This document shows, piece by piece, positions 10,874-22,917 of a stretch of DNA of 32,000 nucleotides. The notes beneath the pieces are model-generated. The model did no database searches. It was given only the letters and a program-made list of their open reading frames with translations, and was not told where the DNA came from. The first letter of the stretch is position 1; each line of letters opens with the position of its first letter. A program made the translations under genes and the position numbers. The stretch is from positions 548,077-580,076 of the forward strand of contig NC_000908.2 of NCBI RefSeq assembly GCF_000027325.1. The letters are read 5' to 3'. The stretch is from Mycoplasmoides genitalium G37 (lineage in GTDB: Bacteria; Bacillota_I; Bacilli_A; Mycoplasmatales; Mycoplasmoidaceae).

Positions 10874-11867
10874 CTAATTTATCTTTAACTTCTTTTTCTA
10901 TTTCAGTTTCAACACTTTTTTGACTAGAGCTTTTACTTTCTGGTTTTTTGATTAATTTGTTATGAAGTAAATCAACAACTTTCTGCATTGAATTTAATGT
11001 TTTGAAATCATAGCTTGCTTGGAGTTTAATGTTTGTAACTAGATCATCAAATGCTTCATTCACTTTTAGTTTAGTATCCATAAAGGTTGTAGGCACACTC
11101 ATAAACAAGTAAGTATGAACTGTGTCATTATAGACATTAAATTTGGCATATACATTCAAAGGATTAAAAAGCACTTTATTTAATACCTCTGTATCTAAAT
11201 TCTGAAAAGAAAAATTTGAATCTTTTTCAACAAAAAGTGAGATGTTTTCTTGCTTTTTGTTTTCAGTAAGTGCTTCAAACTGAGCCACATTCTTATTTAA
11301 AGAATAGTTAGCATCAGTTAAAAAGAAATGATTTTCACTATTAATTGCTGGTGTAATAGCAATCAAGCAAGCTACTTTTTCTGTTTTATTACTGCTTCTT
11401 TTAATTGCATAAATATGACCAAAAACAAATTCACTACCATCTTTATAAGTAACTTTAAATTGTCTTGGAAGTGGTTCAAAATTGTAAAGAGCAGTTGGAT
11501 AAAAACTTGGTAATATATCGCTGCTTATAGGACCTTGTTCAAAAAATTCAAATGATTCTATTGCCTTGAAATTACCCATCTCTTTTTGTCATAAATTAGT
11601 TCTGTTTTCTTTGTTAACTTTTTTTAATAGCTTGTTTCTTTTAAAAAGAGCAGCAAAATGGATAACAAATGCTAAAAACAAAACAACACTACCTAAAACA
11701 ATTAAAAAAAGTGATGCTATATTTGGTATTTCATTACGTGTATAACTATAAATACCAAATGAGATAGCAATAACACTAAAAAGACCACAAAGTCCAATTA
11801 CTCTTAGAAAAGCATTGAGTTTATTTGGTGTCAAAAAGAACTTGTTAAATTTAGTTAGATCTGACAT
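10863..11867 (-). CDS. Conserved hypothetical protein with N-terminal TM helices (MG456-like)
   Basis: Track ORFs 10863..11579 and 11589..11867 join through TGA=Trp (334 aa); two hydrophobic helices near the N-terminus. Confidence 0.8.
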
Positions 11868-12436
11868 ATTTGTATAAAAGATTGTATGAAAATATAAACC
11901 AAAGCAAGCTCAACAGTTGTTTTATTACAAGATCTTTTTCCTAAAAACTGCAAGTTGCCAAACTTAGCACGCATCTTTATTAAACGAAGATAGAGCTCAT
12001 CAAATTTTATATCAAGTATTTTGTATCTTTTGTTTGTTTTGGAAATAAAAGTGCAAAAGTACTTTAGAAAATAAAAAATCAGATCCCAAATTCGTTTTTG
12101 TCCTAAACTAATAGTTTTGTTTTTTAGTAATACTTCAGTTTGCTTTAAAACATTTTTAAAAGTAATAACAAGATCATCATTACTGTCATTTAAATAAGTT
12201 TGTATGTTTTCAATTCAAATCAAAATGTAGTGATATTCACTGTCAAACAATTGGGGATTATTTTTAATTACTGTAAAAAAATCAGTAATTGTTTTACTTT
12301 GATCATTTAGTACTTTAAAACAATTCCAAGCTTCATTACCATAACCAACTTCTATTGCATTTAATTCTTGCTTAAATGATAGTAAGTTAACCAAGAAGTT
12401 ATCAATAAAATCAACAACACTAACTGTTTGTTTCAC
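11855..12436 (-). CDS. Uncharacterised 193-aa protein between ftsH and the MG456-like gene
   Basis: Open from ATG 12436 to TAA 11855-11857 with one TGA=Trp (12215-12217); overlaps ftsH by 17 nt and the downstream gene by 13 nt. Confidence 0.65.
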
Positions 12437-14528
12437 TTTCTGGTTTTACTTCAGATTTATTTAGTTTTTGCTTTGCTTGTTGTTCTTGCTTTTGCAATAA
12501 GATTTCTGGTGGTAGTTTAGTGTTTTTATGGATGAAGTCAATATCACTTTTCAAAATAGTTTCAGCAATTAAAAGTGCTTCTACAAGCAATTCTAGTTCC
12601 TTACGGTTACTCTTAATGATTGTTTTTGCTTTCTTATACTGTTCTTCAATAATGAAATTAATCTCATTGTCAATATCTTTAGCAGTTTGTTCTGAATAAA
12701 GTTTTACATTAGAAGGGAGTGTCCCTTGACTTGGTACATATTGCACTTGACCTAATTTAGACATCCCAAGCTGGGTTACCATTGCTCTTGCAATATTAGT
12801 TGCTTTATAAAAATCGCTAGAAGCGCCAGTAGTAATTTCTAAATTACCATAGATTTCCTCTTCAGCAGCTCTACCGCCCATAGCAGTTGCTATCATTGCA
12901 AGTAAATCAGATTTTCTTTTTAGGTTAAGATCACCACTCTTAGGTGTTGAAAGTGTGTAACCCCCTGCTTGACCACGAGGAATAATGGTAATCTTTTGTA
13001 CTTCATCATTACTGTGGACATGTAAACCAACCAAGGCATGACCAGCCTCATGATAAGCAACTAGTTTTCTATCTTCATCACTAATTACACGTGACTTTTT
13101 AGCAGGACCAGCTATTACTCTATCAATTGCTTCATCAATGTCATTAATGTTAATTGTGGTACGGTTGTCTCTAACTGCTAACAATGTAGCTTCATTGATA
13201 ACATTTTCTAATTGAGCACCTGAAAACCCAGGAGTTCTCTTAGCAACATCTAAAAGACTTATCTTAGAAGAGAGATTTTTATTTTCAGCATGAACTTTTA
13301 AAATCCCTTCCCTTTCTTTAATATCAGGGAGATTGATTTGAATATGTCTATCAAATCTTCCAGGTCTTAATAATGCATCATCTAATACATCTAACCTATT
13401 TGTAGCTGCCATTACAACAACACCTGTTCTGCTTGTAAATCCATCCATTTCAGCTAACAATTGGTTTAAGGTTTGCTCAACAACAGAATAAGAAGAGAGT
13501 TCAACTCTACCCCGTTTAGAACCAACTGAATCAATTTCATCAATAAAAATAATACAAGGAGCAGCCTTTTTAGCTTTATTGAAAAGATCTCTAACTCGTT
13601 TAGCACCAACACCAACAAGCATATCTTCAAATCCAGAACCCGTTGATTGAAAGAAAGGAACACCAGCTTCACCAGCTACTGCTTTAGCTAATAATGTTTT
13701 ACCTGTCCCAGGTGGACCGTATAAAATTACCCCACGTGGGGATCTTGCTCCCATCTGGGCATATTTCAATGGATTTTTTAAATAATCAACTATCTCAAGC
13801 AACTCATGCTTTTCCTCTTGAAGTCCAGCAATATTGGTAAATTTCACAGTTGACTTAGCCAACTTAGCTTGGGTTTTGCCAATAGAAAAAATATTATCTT
13901 CTTCTCTGCCCCCTGCAGATATACCCCTAGCACTTCTTCAAAAGAGTAAAAAGAAAACTACAAAGATAATAATTGGTAGCAAGCCAAACAAACCATTTAA
14001 TACATCTCTAGCTCTAGTATCAGGAGCAATGAAAGTACCAAGGGTTTCAAAACCTGCAATACTCTTTGTGTTATTACTAGAACCACCATTCATCATGGTT
14101 CCATTACTATTAACGGTAATCTGACCATTACTTTGGTTAATTGATAAGTTAGCAATATTAAAGATAACATTGCCATTACTATTAACAGTTTTGTGAGCAG
14201 TAACAGTTAATGGACTATTTAAACCATCAAAGGTAATGGAAACTTGGAGAATGGTATCAGTAACATAAGTTGAACCATTTATTTGTTTAAATGTCAGTTC
14301 ATTACTAAAACCGCTTACTTTTGCTGTTAAAGTGCTGTTACTACCTCCATTTAATTTTCAGCTTTCAACTACTGCAGTAGCAGCTCTTGGACTGAAAATA
14401 TAAGCTAAAACACCAATAACAACAGCTAAAATGATGACTCATCAAAAGACTTTTCAAGCAGTTTTACGTGAAAAATTATTTTTTTCAGTAGTTGTTTGTT
14501 CTACTAAACCCTTATTTCTTTTTTTCAT
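12420..14528 (-). CDS. ftsH: ATP-dependent zinc metalloprotease FtsH
   Basis: '[23 protein letters not shown]' Walker A, '[11 protein letters not shown]', '[11 protein letters not shown]' zinc site. N-terminal TM region starts [11 protein letters not shown]... (702 aa) after joining TGA=Trp. Confidence 0.98.
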
Positions 14529-14687
14529 CTATGTTAGTTTTTGACCGATTTGGGTTTTTTTGGTTTGAACTACATTAACTGTAATTATACTGCCAATGGT
14601 AATGAAACTAATAAGTGTTAATAAAGTGACGAAAATTATCTTTTTATGTTTACTTAAAAGTGCAATAAAAGCCTTGAACCAACGCAT
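14529..14687 (-). CDS. Small single-pass membrane protein candidate (52 aa)
   Basis: Minus-strand ORF MRWFKAFIALLSKHKKIIFVTLLTLISFITIGSIITVNVVQTKKTQIGQKLT*; stop codon directly abuts the ftsH ATG (TAGATG). Below the track's length cut-off. Confidence 0.55.
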   Translation of the reverse strand: MRWFKAFIALLSKHKKIIFVTLLTLISFITIGSIITVNVVQTKKTQIGQKLT

Positions 14688-14705
14688 AAAATTTTAATAT
14701 CTGTT

Positions 14706-15233
14706 TTAGGGATTGTCTGGTTCAAACACACCAACATAAGGTAGGTTACGATAAAAACCATCATAGTCAAGACCAAAGCCAACCAAAAAATTATCTTTTA
14801 CTTTAAAACAAGAAAAATCAATATTAATATCAAAGGCTTTGGGTTTAATCTTTTCAATTAAGCTAATTAAAGTTATTGATTTAGCATGCCTTGTTTTTAG
14901 AAGATCAATAACTAATTTAATAGATCTACCACTATCAACAATATCTTCTATTAAAAGGATGTCTTTATCTTTAGGGTCATGGGACATATCAAGCACAATC
15001 TTAGGTGGTTGTTTTTGTACATGTGAACCATGATAAGAAGCAACTGCCATAAAATCTAGTTGGAGGTCAAAACTAAATTTACTTATCACTTTGCCAAGGA
15101 AAGGGATGCAACCTTTTAGAATGCCAAGAACAATTACCTTTTTATTATTAAATTTAGCATTGCACCAATTAACTGCTTTTTGACAGCCTTCTTCTATCTG
15201 TTGTTCATTAATAACAATAGATTTAATACCCAT
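14706..15233 (-). CDS. hpt: Hypoxanthine phosphoribosyltransferase
   Basis: PRPP-binding motif 'ILLIEDIVDSGRSIKLVIDLL', 'VLKGCIPFLGKVIS', 'FLVGFGLDYDGFYRNLPYVG'. Confidence 0.95.
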   Translation of the reverse strand: MGIKSIVINEQQIEEGCQKAVNWCNAKFNNKKVIVLGILKGCIPFLGKVISKFSFDLQLDFMAVASYHGSHVQKQPPKIVLDMSHDPKDKDILLIEDIVDSGRSIKLVIDLLKTRHAKSITLISLIEKIKPKAFDINIDFSCFKVKDNFLVGFGLDYDGFYRNLPYVGVFEPDNP

Positions 15234-15234
15234 C

Positions 15235-15744
15235 TTATTTAGTTTTTTGACGTTCTACTAAAACAACAGCTAAGCAATTAATTTCATTACTGTCTAAAGG
15301 TTTTCTAACTTTGAGATTAATTGTTAATTCTGAAATTCTTAAAGCACTACAAATAAAAGCAAAGATAGCGTGTTTATAATCATCAACCTTTTGCTCTTGA
15401 GGAATCTCTAAGGAGATATCAATATTATTGATAATTCAGTTTTTTCTGATGAAATTGTAAGTTCTTGCTAAGACTCTTGGTGCTTCTTTTTTTGCAGTAC
15501 CTTTAAATTGGACTGTTGATTTTCCTTTATTGAAAACAATATGACCATCACCTAATGCAGTTGCACCAAATAAAGCATCAGCAACTGCTAATTGGATAAC
15601 ATCACTAACTTCATCACTGTTTTCAAGATCATAAATATATTTAGAATTCTCAAAATCAACACCGCCTAACCAAAATTTATTTTTACTTTCTTTCCTTAAT
15701 TTTATGTGGTATTTTTTGCTTCCTAGGCCAACTCTTAACTGCAT
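15235..15744 (-). CDS. Conserved hypothetical protein (MG459-like)
   Basis: Track ORF 15436..15744 extends through TGA=Trp to TAA 15235-15237; 169 aa. Confidence 0.8.
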
Positions 15745-15755
15745 TGTTACAAATA

Positions 15756-15761
15756 ATTATA
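15756..15761 (-). promoter_or_regulatory. Candidate -10 box (TATAAT) very close to the MG459-like start
   Basis: Minus-strand TATAAT ends 12 nt before the ATG at 15744. Confidence 0.4.
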
Positions 15762-15916
15762 ATATCGCTCATCTTTAAATAACAGTGTTGTTTTGTAATC
15801 CAAAAAAAGTAAATTCAGGCAACAGTTTTTTGACTTCAAATATCCTTATTTAGACAAAGCAAAATTTATTAAAGTGAACCAAAATAAAATTGAAGTATAT
15901 CTCTAGATAAATAAAT

Positions 15917-16855
15917 ATGAAAGGACCTAAAATTGCAATAGTAGGATCAGGTGCTGTTGGTACTAGTTTTCTATATGCTGCAATGACTCGTGCACTTGGT
16001 AGTGAATACATGATTATAGATATCAATGAAAAAGCTAAAGTTGGTAATGTATTTGATCTTCAAGATGCTTCCTCATCATGCCCAAATTTTGGCAAAGTAG
16101 TTGCTGGAGAATACAGTCAATTAAAAGATTATGATTTTATTTTCATTAGTGCAGGAAGACCTCAAAAACAAGGTGGGGAAACTAGGTTGCAGCTACTTGA
16201 AGGCAATGTAGAAATTATGAAAAGCATTGCCAAAGAAATCAAAAAATCTGGTTTTAATGGAGTTACATTAATCGCTTCAAACCCAGTTGATATCATGTCA
16301 TATACATATCTTAAAGTTACTGGATTTGAACCTAATAAAGTAATTGGCTCTGGTACTTTACTTGATAGTGCAAGATTAAGATATGCAATTGCAACTAAGT
16401 ACCAAATGAGTTCAAAGGATGTACAAGCATATGTTATTGGTGAACATGGTGATAGTTCAGTAAGTATTATTTCATCAGCTAAAATTGCAGGACTATCACT
16501 AAAACATTTTTCTAAAGCTAGTGATATTGAAAAAGAATTTGGTGAAATTGACCAATTTATCAGACGCAGAGCTTATGAAATTATTGAACGCAAAGGTGCT
16601 ACTTTCTATGGAATTGGTGAAGCTAGTGCTGATGTAGCTGAACAAATTTTGAAAGATACTAAAGAAGTTAGAGTAGTGGCTCCTTTACTTACTGGTCAGT
16701 ATGGAGCGAAGGATATGATGTTTGGAACTCCTTGTGTACTTTCAAGAAAAGGTATTGAAAAGATCTTGGAAATAGAACTTTCAAATACTGAAAAAGTTGC
16801 GCTTGAAAATTCAATTAAAGTTTTGAAAGACAACATTAAACTAGCAAAGCTTTAG
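15917..16855 (+). CDS. ldh: L-lactate dehydrogenase
   Basis: 'KIAIVGSGAVGTSFLYA', 'VIGSGTLLDSARLRYAIA', 'VIGEHGDSSVSIISSAKIAG'. Confidence 0.96.
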   Translation: MKGPKIAIVGSGAVGTSFLYAAMTRALGSEYMIIDINEKAKVGNVFDLQDASSSCPNFGKVVAGEYSQLKDYDFIFISAGRPQKQGGETRLQLLEGNVEIMKSIAKEIKKSGFNGVTLIASNPVDIMSYTYLKVTGFEPNKVIGSGTLLDSARLRYAIATKYQMSSKDVQAYVIGEHGDSSVSIISSAKIAGLSLKHFSKASDIEKEFGEIDQFIRRRAYEIIERKGATFYGIGEASADVAEQILKDTKEVRVVAPLLTGQYGAKDMMFGTPCVLSRKGIEKILEIELSNTEKVALENSIKVLKDNIKLAKL

Positions 16856-18129
16856 TTTTGATAGAAAACATTAGCTCATCTATAAAAAGAGTTTTCAAAA
16901 AATAACTCGTTACTTCTCTTAACAAGCATACTAATTTCACTGAGATTTTTAATCTTGTTTTGAGAAGTTTTTATTTTTAATTCATTTTTGTGCTTATTTC
17001 ATCCTTCATAAAAACCCTTAAATTGGTTATTGAATTTAGTAATGAAATAACTAGGAGTTTGATATTCTTTTACTTTTAATTCAAAATCAAGATCACGTTT
17101 TTCACAACTTTCATAAAACTTTACTTGAAATTTCAGAGTGTTAAGATAACTATCTAGTAAGGTTTTTAATATTGCATCTTTAGTTGTTTCAAATGTATTA
17201 ACTAAAAATGAGTGAAAAACATAATCATCTAACTTCACAAAACAAGTTAATAAACTTTTTTTAAACAACTGGTTTTTTAAAAGCGGTTTAATTACACTTT
17301 CAACATTCTTAAAGTTATGAAAATTAAAGTTGTCTTCTTCAATTAAAGCTTTAATCCGTTGAAAAACAAATCATAAGTTAAGTTCTGTAGCAATACTTCT
17401 ACCATCACTGTAGATTGATTGATACATGTGGTGTCTTGTTATCAAGAAGTTTTCAATGAAAGGCAAGCATTTTTCTTGAAAAACAATTTCATAAGTGCCC
17501 TGATTATCTACACATTCCATTCCATTGATAATTGATTGATAATCAACTAATGAGTGACTGGTACCTGTAAAATAAGCATCACGTAATAAATAATCCATTC
17601 TGTCTGTGTCAAGATCTGAAGAGATTAGCTGTCTCATCCACCAGTTAATAGGTTGAATATTTTGATTTTCATCAATTAAAGCGCCAATCAGATTTGGATC
17701 TATCTTATTAGCTTTTAAGATAGAGACAATAGGTTCACTATTAACTAACATTGAAGTAACCTTTTCATGAATAAAAAGTTGTTTTTTAAAATCAGGATTT
17801 TTAGCAAAATAGATTTCAAAAGCATGAGAATGAGGTCCATGACCAAGATCATGCAACAAACCAGCTACTAAAACAGTTTGTTTTTTAATTTGATCAATAT
17901 TTAAAAATGCAGAACTATTTAAGATCCTTCTTATCAGTTCATAAACTCCTAAAGAATGGGCGTACCTAGTGTGAACTCCACTAGGATAAAAATGGAAGTT
18001 AATTCCTAATTGTTTGATGTTTCTTAACCTTTGAAAAGCTTTTGTATTGACCAATTCATACATCCACTTTGTGTTTTCATCAAAAATAATTTCTCCTAAA
18101 ATAGGATCTTTAAAAAAGGTTTGTTGCAT
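16852..18129 (-). CDS. HD-domain phosphohydrolase (dGTPase/YwfO-like; MG461-like)
   Basis: 'HTRYAHSLGVYELIRRI', 'VLVAGLLHDLGHGPHSHAFE', 'LISSDLDTDRMDYLLRDAYFTG'. TGA=Trp joins fragments to a stop at 16852. Confidence 0.88.
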
Positions 18130-19564
18130 TAATAAATTGCTTAATTAAGTTTATTGCACTTTCTTTATCAAAAATTTCAATAATATGTGCTAAATCAGGT
18201 CCATGCTCCTTATTTGTAAAAATTAACCTTATTGGCATAAAAAGTTGTTTACCTTTTAAGTTAAACACTGCTCCTACTTTGTTAATAGTTGTTTTAATTT
18301 GCTCAGCTTTTCATTCTTCCAACCCTTGTAAAGATTTGGCAAGCTGTTCTAAAAAAAGTTTGATGTTTTTAAACAAAATATGACTTTTCTTAGCTAAGTT
18401 TTCAACACCTATTTTAGTGGCAAAAGATTCTCTTATCAATTCGTTTATTTGAACACCATGGGTTATTTGATTTTTAAAAAGTAAACTTATTTCCCTGTTT
18501 TTATCTTTTAAATAATCAACCTTAACATCCAAGTAATTATCAATGAAATTGAAATAAGCATTATCAGTTAATTGTTTAATGTAATTAGCATTGATTCATT
18601 GCAGCTTTTTAATATCAAAAAAAGCAGGAGCACTAACAACTCTACTTAAACTAAAGTTTTCAATTAACTGTTTCAAATTAAAAAACTCCTGGTTGTACTG
18701 TGGATGTCAACCTAAGAGTGCTAAGAAATTTAATAATGCTTCAGGTAGATAGCCTTGTTGTTTAAACTGCTCAATAAACTGAGTAGTTTTCTCATCACGT
18801 TTAGAAAGTTTTTTGCCACTTTCATCAACAATAACTGAAAGATGACCAAAGCGGGGAATTCTTTTAAAACCTAATGCTTGATATATAGCAAGTTGGTATG
18901 CAGTGTTAGAGATGTGCTCAGCTCCCCTTAAAACATCAGTAATTTCCATATCATAATCATCAATAACAACTGCAAAGTTATAAGTAGCAACACCATTAGC
19001 TTTAAGAATAACTATATCTGTTAACGCACTGCCGGGAATAGTAATTTGTCCCCTAACCAGATCATTTCAACTATATTCAGCTTCATTGTTTATTTTTAAG
19101 CGGATAGTAAAAGGATCATTTTTTTCTAAGTGATTAGTAATTTTCTTGGAATGTAAATTACGACAATGACCTAAGTATTTAGGGGTTTTGTGGTTATTAA
19201 TGGCTTGTTTTCTATCTGACTCTAATTTTTCTTTGCTACAGAAGCAACGATATGCCAGATTTTTTTCAATTAAATCAAATGCTAGTTTTTTATAAACTGC
19301 TAGTTTTTGTGATTGCAGATATGGACCATAATTGCCAGGGTTATAAACCGATTCATCTGCAATGACTCCAAGCCAACGCAAGTTATCAAATTGTGAATTA
19401 ATTCCTTCTTTTATGTTTCTTTCAGTATCAGTATCTTCTATCCTGATAATAAACTCACCATTAAAGTGCTTGGCTAGTAAAAAGTTAAAGATTGCTGTTC
19501 TTGTACCACCAACATGCAGATATCCTGTTGGGGATGGTGCATAACGTGTTCTAATTTTTTCCAT
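18110..19564 (-). CDS. gltX: Glutamyl-tRNA synthetase
   Basis: '[27 protein letters not shown]', '[13 protein letters not shown]', '[17 protein letters not shown]'. Three track fragments joined by TGA=Trp; 484 aa. Confidence 0.97.
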
Positions 19565-20330
19565 TACAAATGTTTTGGTAAAGATTAAAGAGTTGACAAG
19601 GACTCAACTCTTGCGCTCTAATGCTAGTCTTTAAATTTTGCTTTTGAATAATGTTAAGTAAATAATCAACTGCAAAAAAATGCTTTAAGTTATTAATTAA
19701 CATCTTCCTTCTTTGATTGAAACATTGCTTTAAAAACAGACCAAACTTAAAGTCATAACTAACCGATTTATTTTTTTCTAATAATATTAAGGTTGAATCC
19801 ACCTTAGGTTTAGGTTTAAAAGCATGCCTATCAATTTTAAAAACTGTTGTAATAGTCAAATAGTATTGACAAAAAGCACCAAAGGCACTATAATCACTAG
19901 AATTAACCTTTGCCAGAAGCCGATTAGCAAACTCTTTTTGTGTCATTAAAACAAAGCTTCGAAGCTTTGATTCTAAAAACTTATTGATTATTGGAGATGT
20001 AATGCTATATGGGATATTACCACACAATAATGGACTTAAATTTTCAAAAAAACTATTAAAGTCCTTTTTGAGAATATCGCCTTTAACTAGTTGGTCTTCA
20101 GTTAATATCTTTTCAACTAGAAGATATTCAATTAAGCGTTTATCAATTTCTATCCCCTTGTAAGGTATTTTGAGTTTTAACAAATAATTTGTTAACGCTC
20201 CTTTACCAACACCTATTTCAACAATTGCTTGTGGATTTAAATTTTTAACAAAAGCAAAAATTCTTTTAATGACGCTTAAATTAACCGTAAAATTTTGACC
20301 TAATTTACGTGAAGGAAAAAAACTATTCAC
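19551..20330 (-). CDS. ksgA: 16S rRNA dimethyladenosine transferase (KsgA/RsmA)
   Basis: '[15 protein letters not shown]', '[16 protein letters not shown]', '[17 protein letters not shown]'. Confidence 0.96.
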   Translation of the reverse strand: MNSFFPSRKLGQNFTVNLSVIKRIFAFVKNLNPQAIVEIGVGKGALTNYLLKLKIPYKGIEIDKRLIEYLLVEKILTEDQLVKGDILKKDFNSFFENLSPLLCGNIPYSITSPIINKFLESKLRSFVLMTQKEFANRLLAKVNSSDYSAFGAFCQYYLTITTVFKIDRHAFKPKPKVDSTLILLEKNKSVSYDFKFGLFLKQCFNQRRKMLINNLKHFFAVDYLLNIIQKQNLKTSIRAQELSPCQLFNLYQNICNGKN

Positions 20331-21480
20331 GCTCTAAAATCAAATCTAATTTGGAATAATTTTGCTTTCTTTTTTCCCTTCTTTTGACAATGAAAACATG
20401 GGTTAAATAAGATTGTAATAAAGTAAACAAAGCATTTAAAAACCAATAAACACCAACTCCAGCAGCACTAAATGCAGTAATAGCAGCAAACACAAAGTAA
20501 AAAATTAATTGCATCTTTTTAGTTTTGTTGAGTTGTTCAATACTTTTTTGAGAATGGGCTTTCGCATTCTCATTACGCTTACTTGCCCACACTTGAGGAA
20601 GTTTTTGAGAGAGAAATTGGACTGGTAAAACAATCACTAAAAAGATGATGAAAGGTCAACCAGTTGTAGTGAAATTAGAGAAAATTTCTGTTAAAGGTAC
20701 TTTTGAAAGATCCCAAAAGTTAAATAAGATGATTGCTTTAATTGGTCTTAAAGTAGTAACAATCCTATAAATAATTAAAAAGATAGGTAAAGTTACAAAA
20801 ACTTGAACAAAAGCAGCAGATGATTTAATGTTGTGTTTTTTATAAAGTGACATTATCTCTAACTGTCTGTTTCTTTTACTTTGTAAATCTATTGCCCCTT
20901 TATATTTAGCGTTAATTTCTGCTAATTTACCTTGCACTTCATTCATCTTTTCAAGTGCTAAAGTAGAGTTTAAGGTAATCACAATAGTTATCAAGCGAAC
21001 TAATAGTAAAAGTACTATTAATGAAAGAATCATGTTAAACCCAAGTTCCACCCCGCTACCTAGTGGAACTCTGGTTGCATACATAATTGGTAAAACTATT
21101 TGCGCTGCAGGCCAGACAAATCATCCATAAAAAGGGCCATATGCTAAGGTGTAATCACTAAAGGTGAAATAAGGGCCAAAGTTATTTGAAATCAAATCAT
21201 ACCTATAATCACCAGTAGTACCAAATTTATAACCTATCTCAAGTCCTGAACCTAAGACTTGATTAGTACCTGTTCAGGGTTGTGCTAAGGTTTGAGTACA
21301 GCCCCAAAGCCCAACAATAGTTAAAAAAATAAAGATAAAAACCTTAATAACCTTTATGAAAATAGCTGAAAACTTTTTGAAGTTTTTTCAGTTGTTTTTT
21401 TCATTAACAACTGCTGCTGATCAAAAAGGATTAAAGGTGGTTTTTATCTCTTTATTTGTTTGCGCTAGTTTGATAGGCAT
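20323..21480 (-). CDS. yidC: YidC/Oxa1 family membrane protein insertase
   Basis: 'MNEVQGKLAEINAKYKGAIDLQSKRNRQLEIMSLYKKHNIKSSAAFVQVFVTLPIFLIIYRIV' and a C-terminal basic tail. In frame through several TGA=Trp; 385 aa; next to rnpA/rpmH. Confidence 0.94.
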
Positions 21481-21817
21481 CTACTTCTTTTATCCGCTTT
21501 AATAGTTGCAAAAAAAGTTTTTGTTTTTCTTTAAATGTTAATTCAATAAAGCCTTTGTTGACAATAACTAAAATATCTCAAGGTTCTAAATTATTACTAA
21601 TTTGTTGAAAGATACTACGGATCTGACGCTTAATTAGGTTACGTTGTACTGCTAGCTTATATTTAGTTTTTGCAATTGATATTGCAACCCTTCAAGTAGA
21701 ATGATTATTCTTAATAAAATAAGCGTTAATAAAGGTACCAAAGAACCTGGTTTTACTTTGAAGAATGGTTGTAAAAACCTTGCGTTCTCTTAAGCTGTGA
21801 CTCTTTTTAACGCTCAC
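21452..21817 (-). CDS. rnpA: Ribonuclease P protein component, GTG start
   Basis: Hand translation (M)[17 protein letters not shown]...[10 protein letters not shown](W)[29 protein letters not shown]; the RNR-type motif and position between rpmH and yidC are typical. Confidence 0.92.
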
Positions 21818-21953
21818 TGGAAACCGTGAGTTGAGCACGATTTTTAAAACGTCTTTGCCTTAAAACTTTACGTCCTTGTGCAGTTGCCATCCTAGCCATA
21901 AAACCATGGGTTTTAGCACGCTTTAATTTGCTTGGTTGGTATGTTCGTTTCAT
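21807..21953 (-). CDS. rpmH: 50S ribosomal protein L34
   Basis: Hand translation [48 protein letters not shown] (48 aa); below the track's length cut-off. Confidence 0.95.
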   Translation of the reverse strand: MKRTYQPSKLKRAKTHGFMARMATAQGRKVLRQRRFKNRAQLTVSSER

Positions 21954-21978
21954 GAAACAATTAATCAGGTGATTATAA

Positions 21979-22914
21979 CTAAACTAAGGGTCTGACTAAT
22001 TGGTTAGATACTATTTTACCATCTGAAATTTTAATGATTCTATTAGCTATCCTTGTTAGGCTTACATCATGGGTAACCATTAGGATGGTTTGCTTATATG
22101 TTTTGTTAATTGTTTGTAATAAATTAATGATATTTTCCGCAGAATTACTATCAAGTGCACCAGTAGGTTCATCACAAAGTAATAGTTTAGGTTCTTTAAT
22201 AATAGCACGGGCGATGGCCACTCTTTGTTTTTGCCCACCTGACATCTCATAAGGAAATTTATACAAGATTTCTTTAATATCTAATTTTTCAGCCAACTCT
22301 TCTATATCAAGTCGTCTTTGATATTTGGGAATTAAGTTTTGTGAAATGGCAATATTATCATAAGCACTTAACAATTCAATCAGATTATAACGCTGATAGA
22401 CATAACCAAGGTTATTCTTTCGATAAGTTAAAAGTTGTTCACTAGTACATTTTTCTAATGGACAGTTTGCTACGATACAACTCCCTAACGAGATAGAATC
22501 ATAACCACCTATCAGGTTTAAAAGGGTTGTTTTACCTGATCCTGAAGAACCTAAAATGATTACTATTTCACCATAAGCTATCTGTAAAGAAACATCTGAA
22601 AGGATAGAAATCTCTTGCTTTGAATCATCATTATGAACATTTTTTCACATCTTATTGATGGTAATAACAATTCCCTTAGCTTGTTGAGCAAAAGGAGGGA
22701 TATATAAGGTATTGGCTTTTTGCTTTTTATTAGCTTTCTTTTTGAGCTTTAGCTCAGCTTTTTTAATGTTATTTAAAACTTTTTTATTCTTCTTAGGAGG
22801 TTTAGATTTACTCTTTTTGAAATAATCATCGAAATTGGCACTAAAAGAAGGACTTTTAACGTTATCTAAGATATCAATACATTCATTTCAAACAGTTTTA
22901 TTGCCTTTTTTCAT
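21979..22914 (-). CDS. ABC transporter ATP-binding protein with an N-terminal extension (MG467-like)
   Basis: Walker A '[14 protein letters not shown]', signature '[32 protein letters not shown]'. TGA=Trp extends the N-terminus to [12 protein letters not shown]... (311 aa). Confidence 0.92.
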
Positions 22915-22917
22915 TAA

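Noticed and set aside
13834-14124. 96-aa plus-strand ORF opposite ftsH
   Set aside because: Antisense to the ftsH N-terminal region, which is continuous once TGA is read as Trp.
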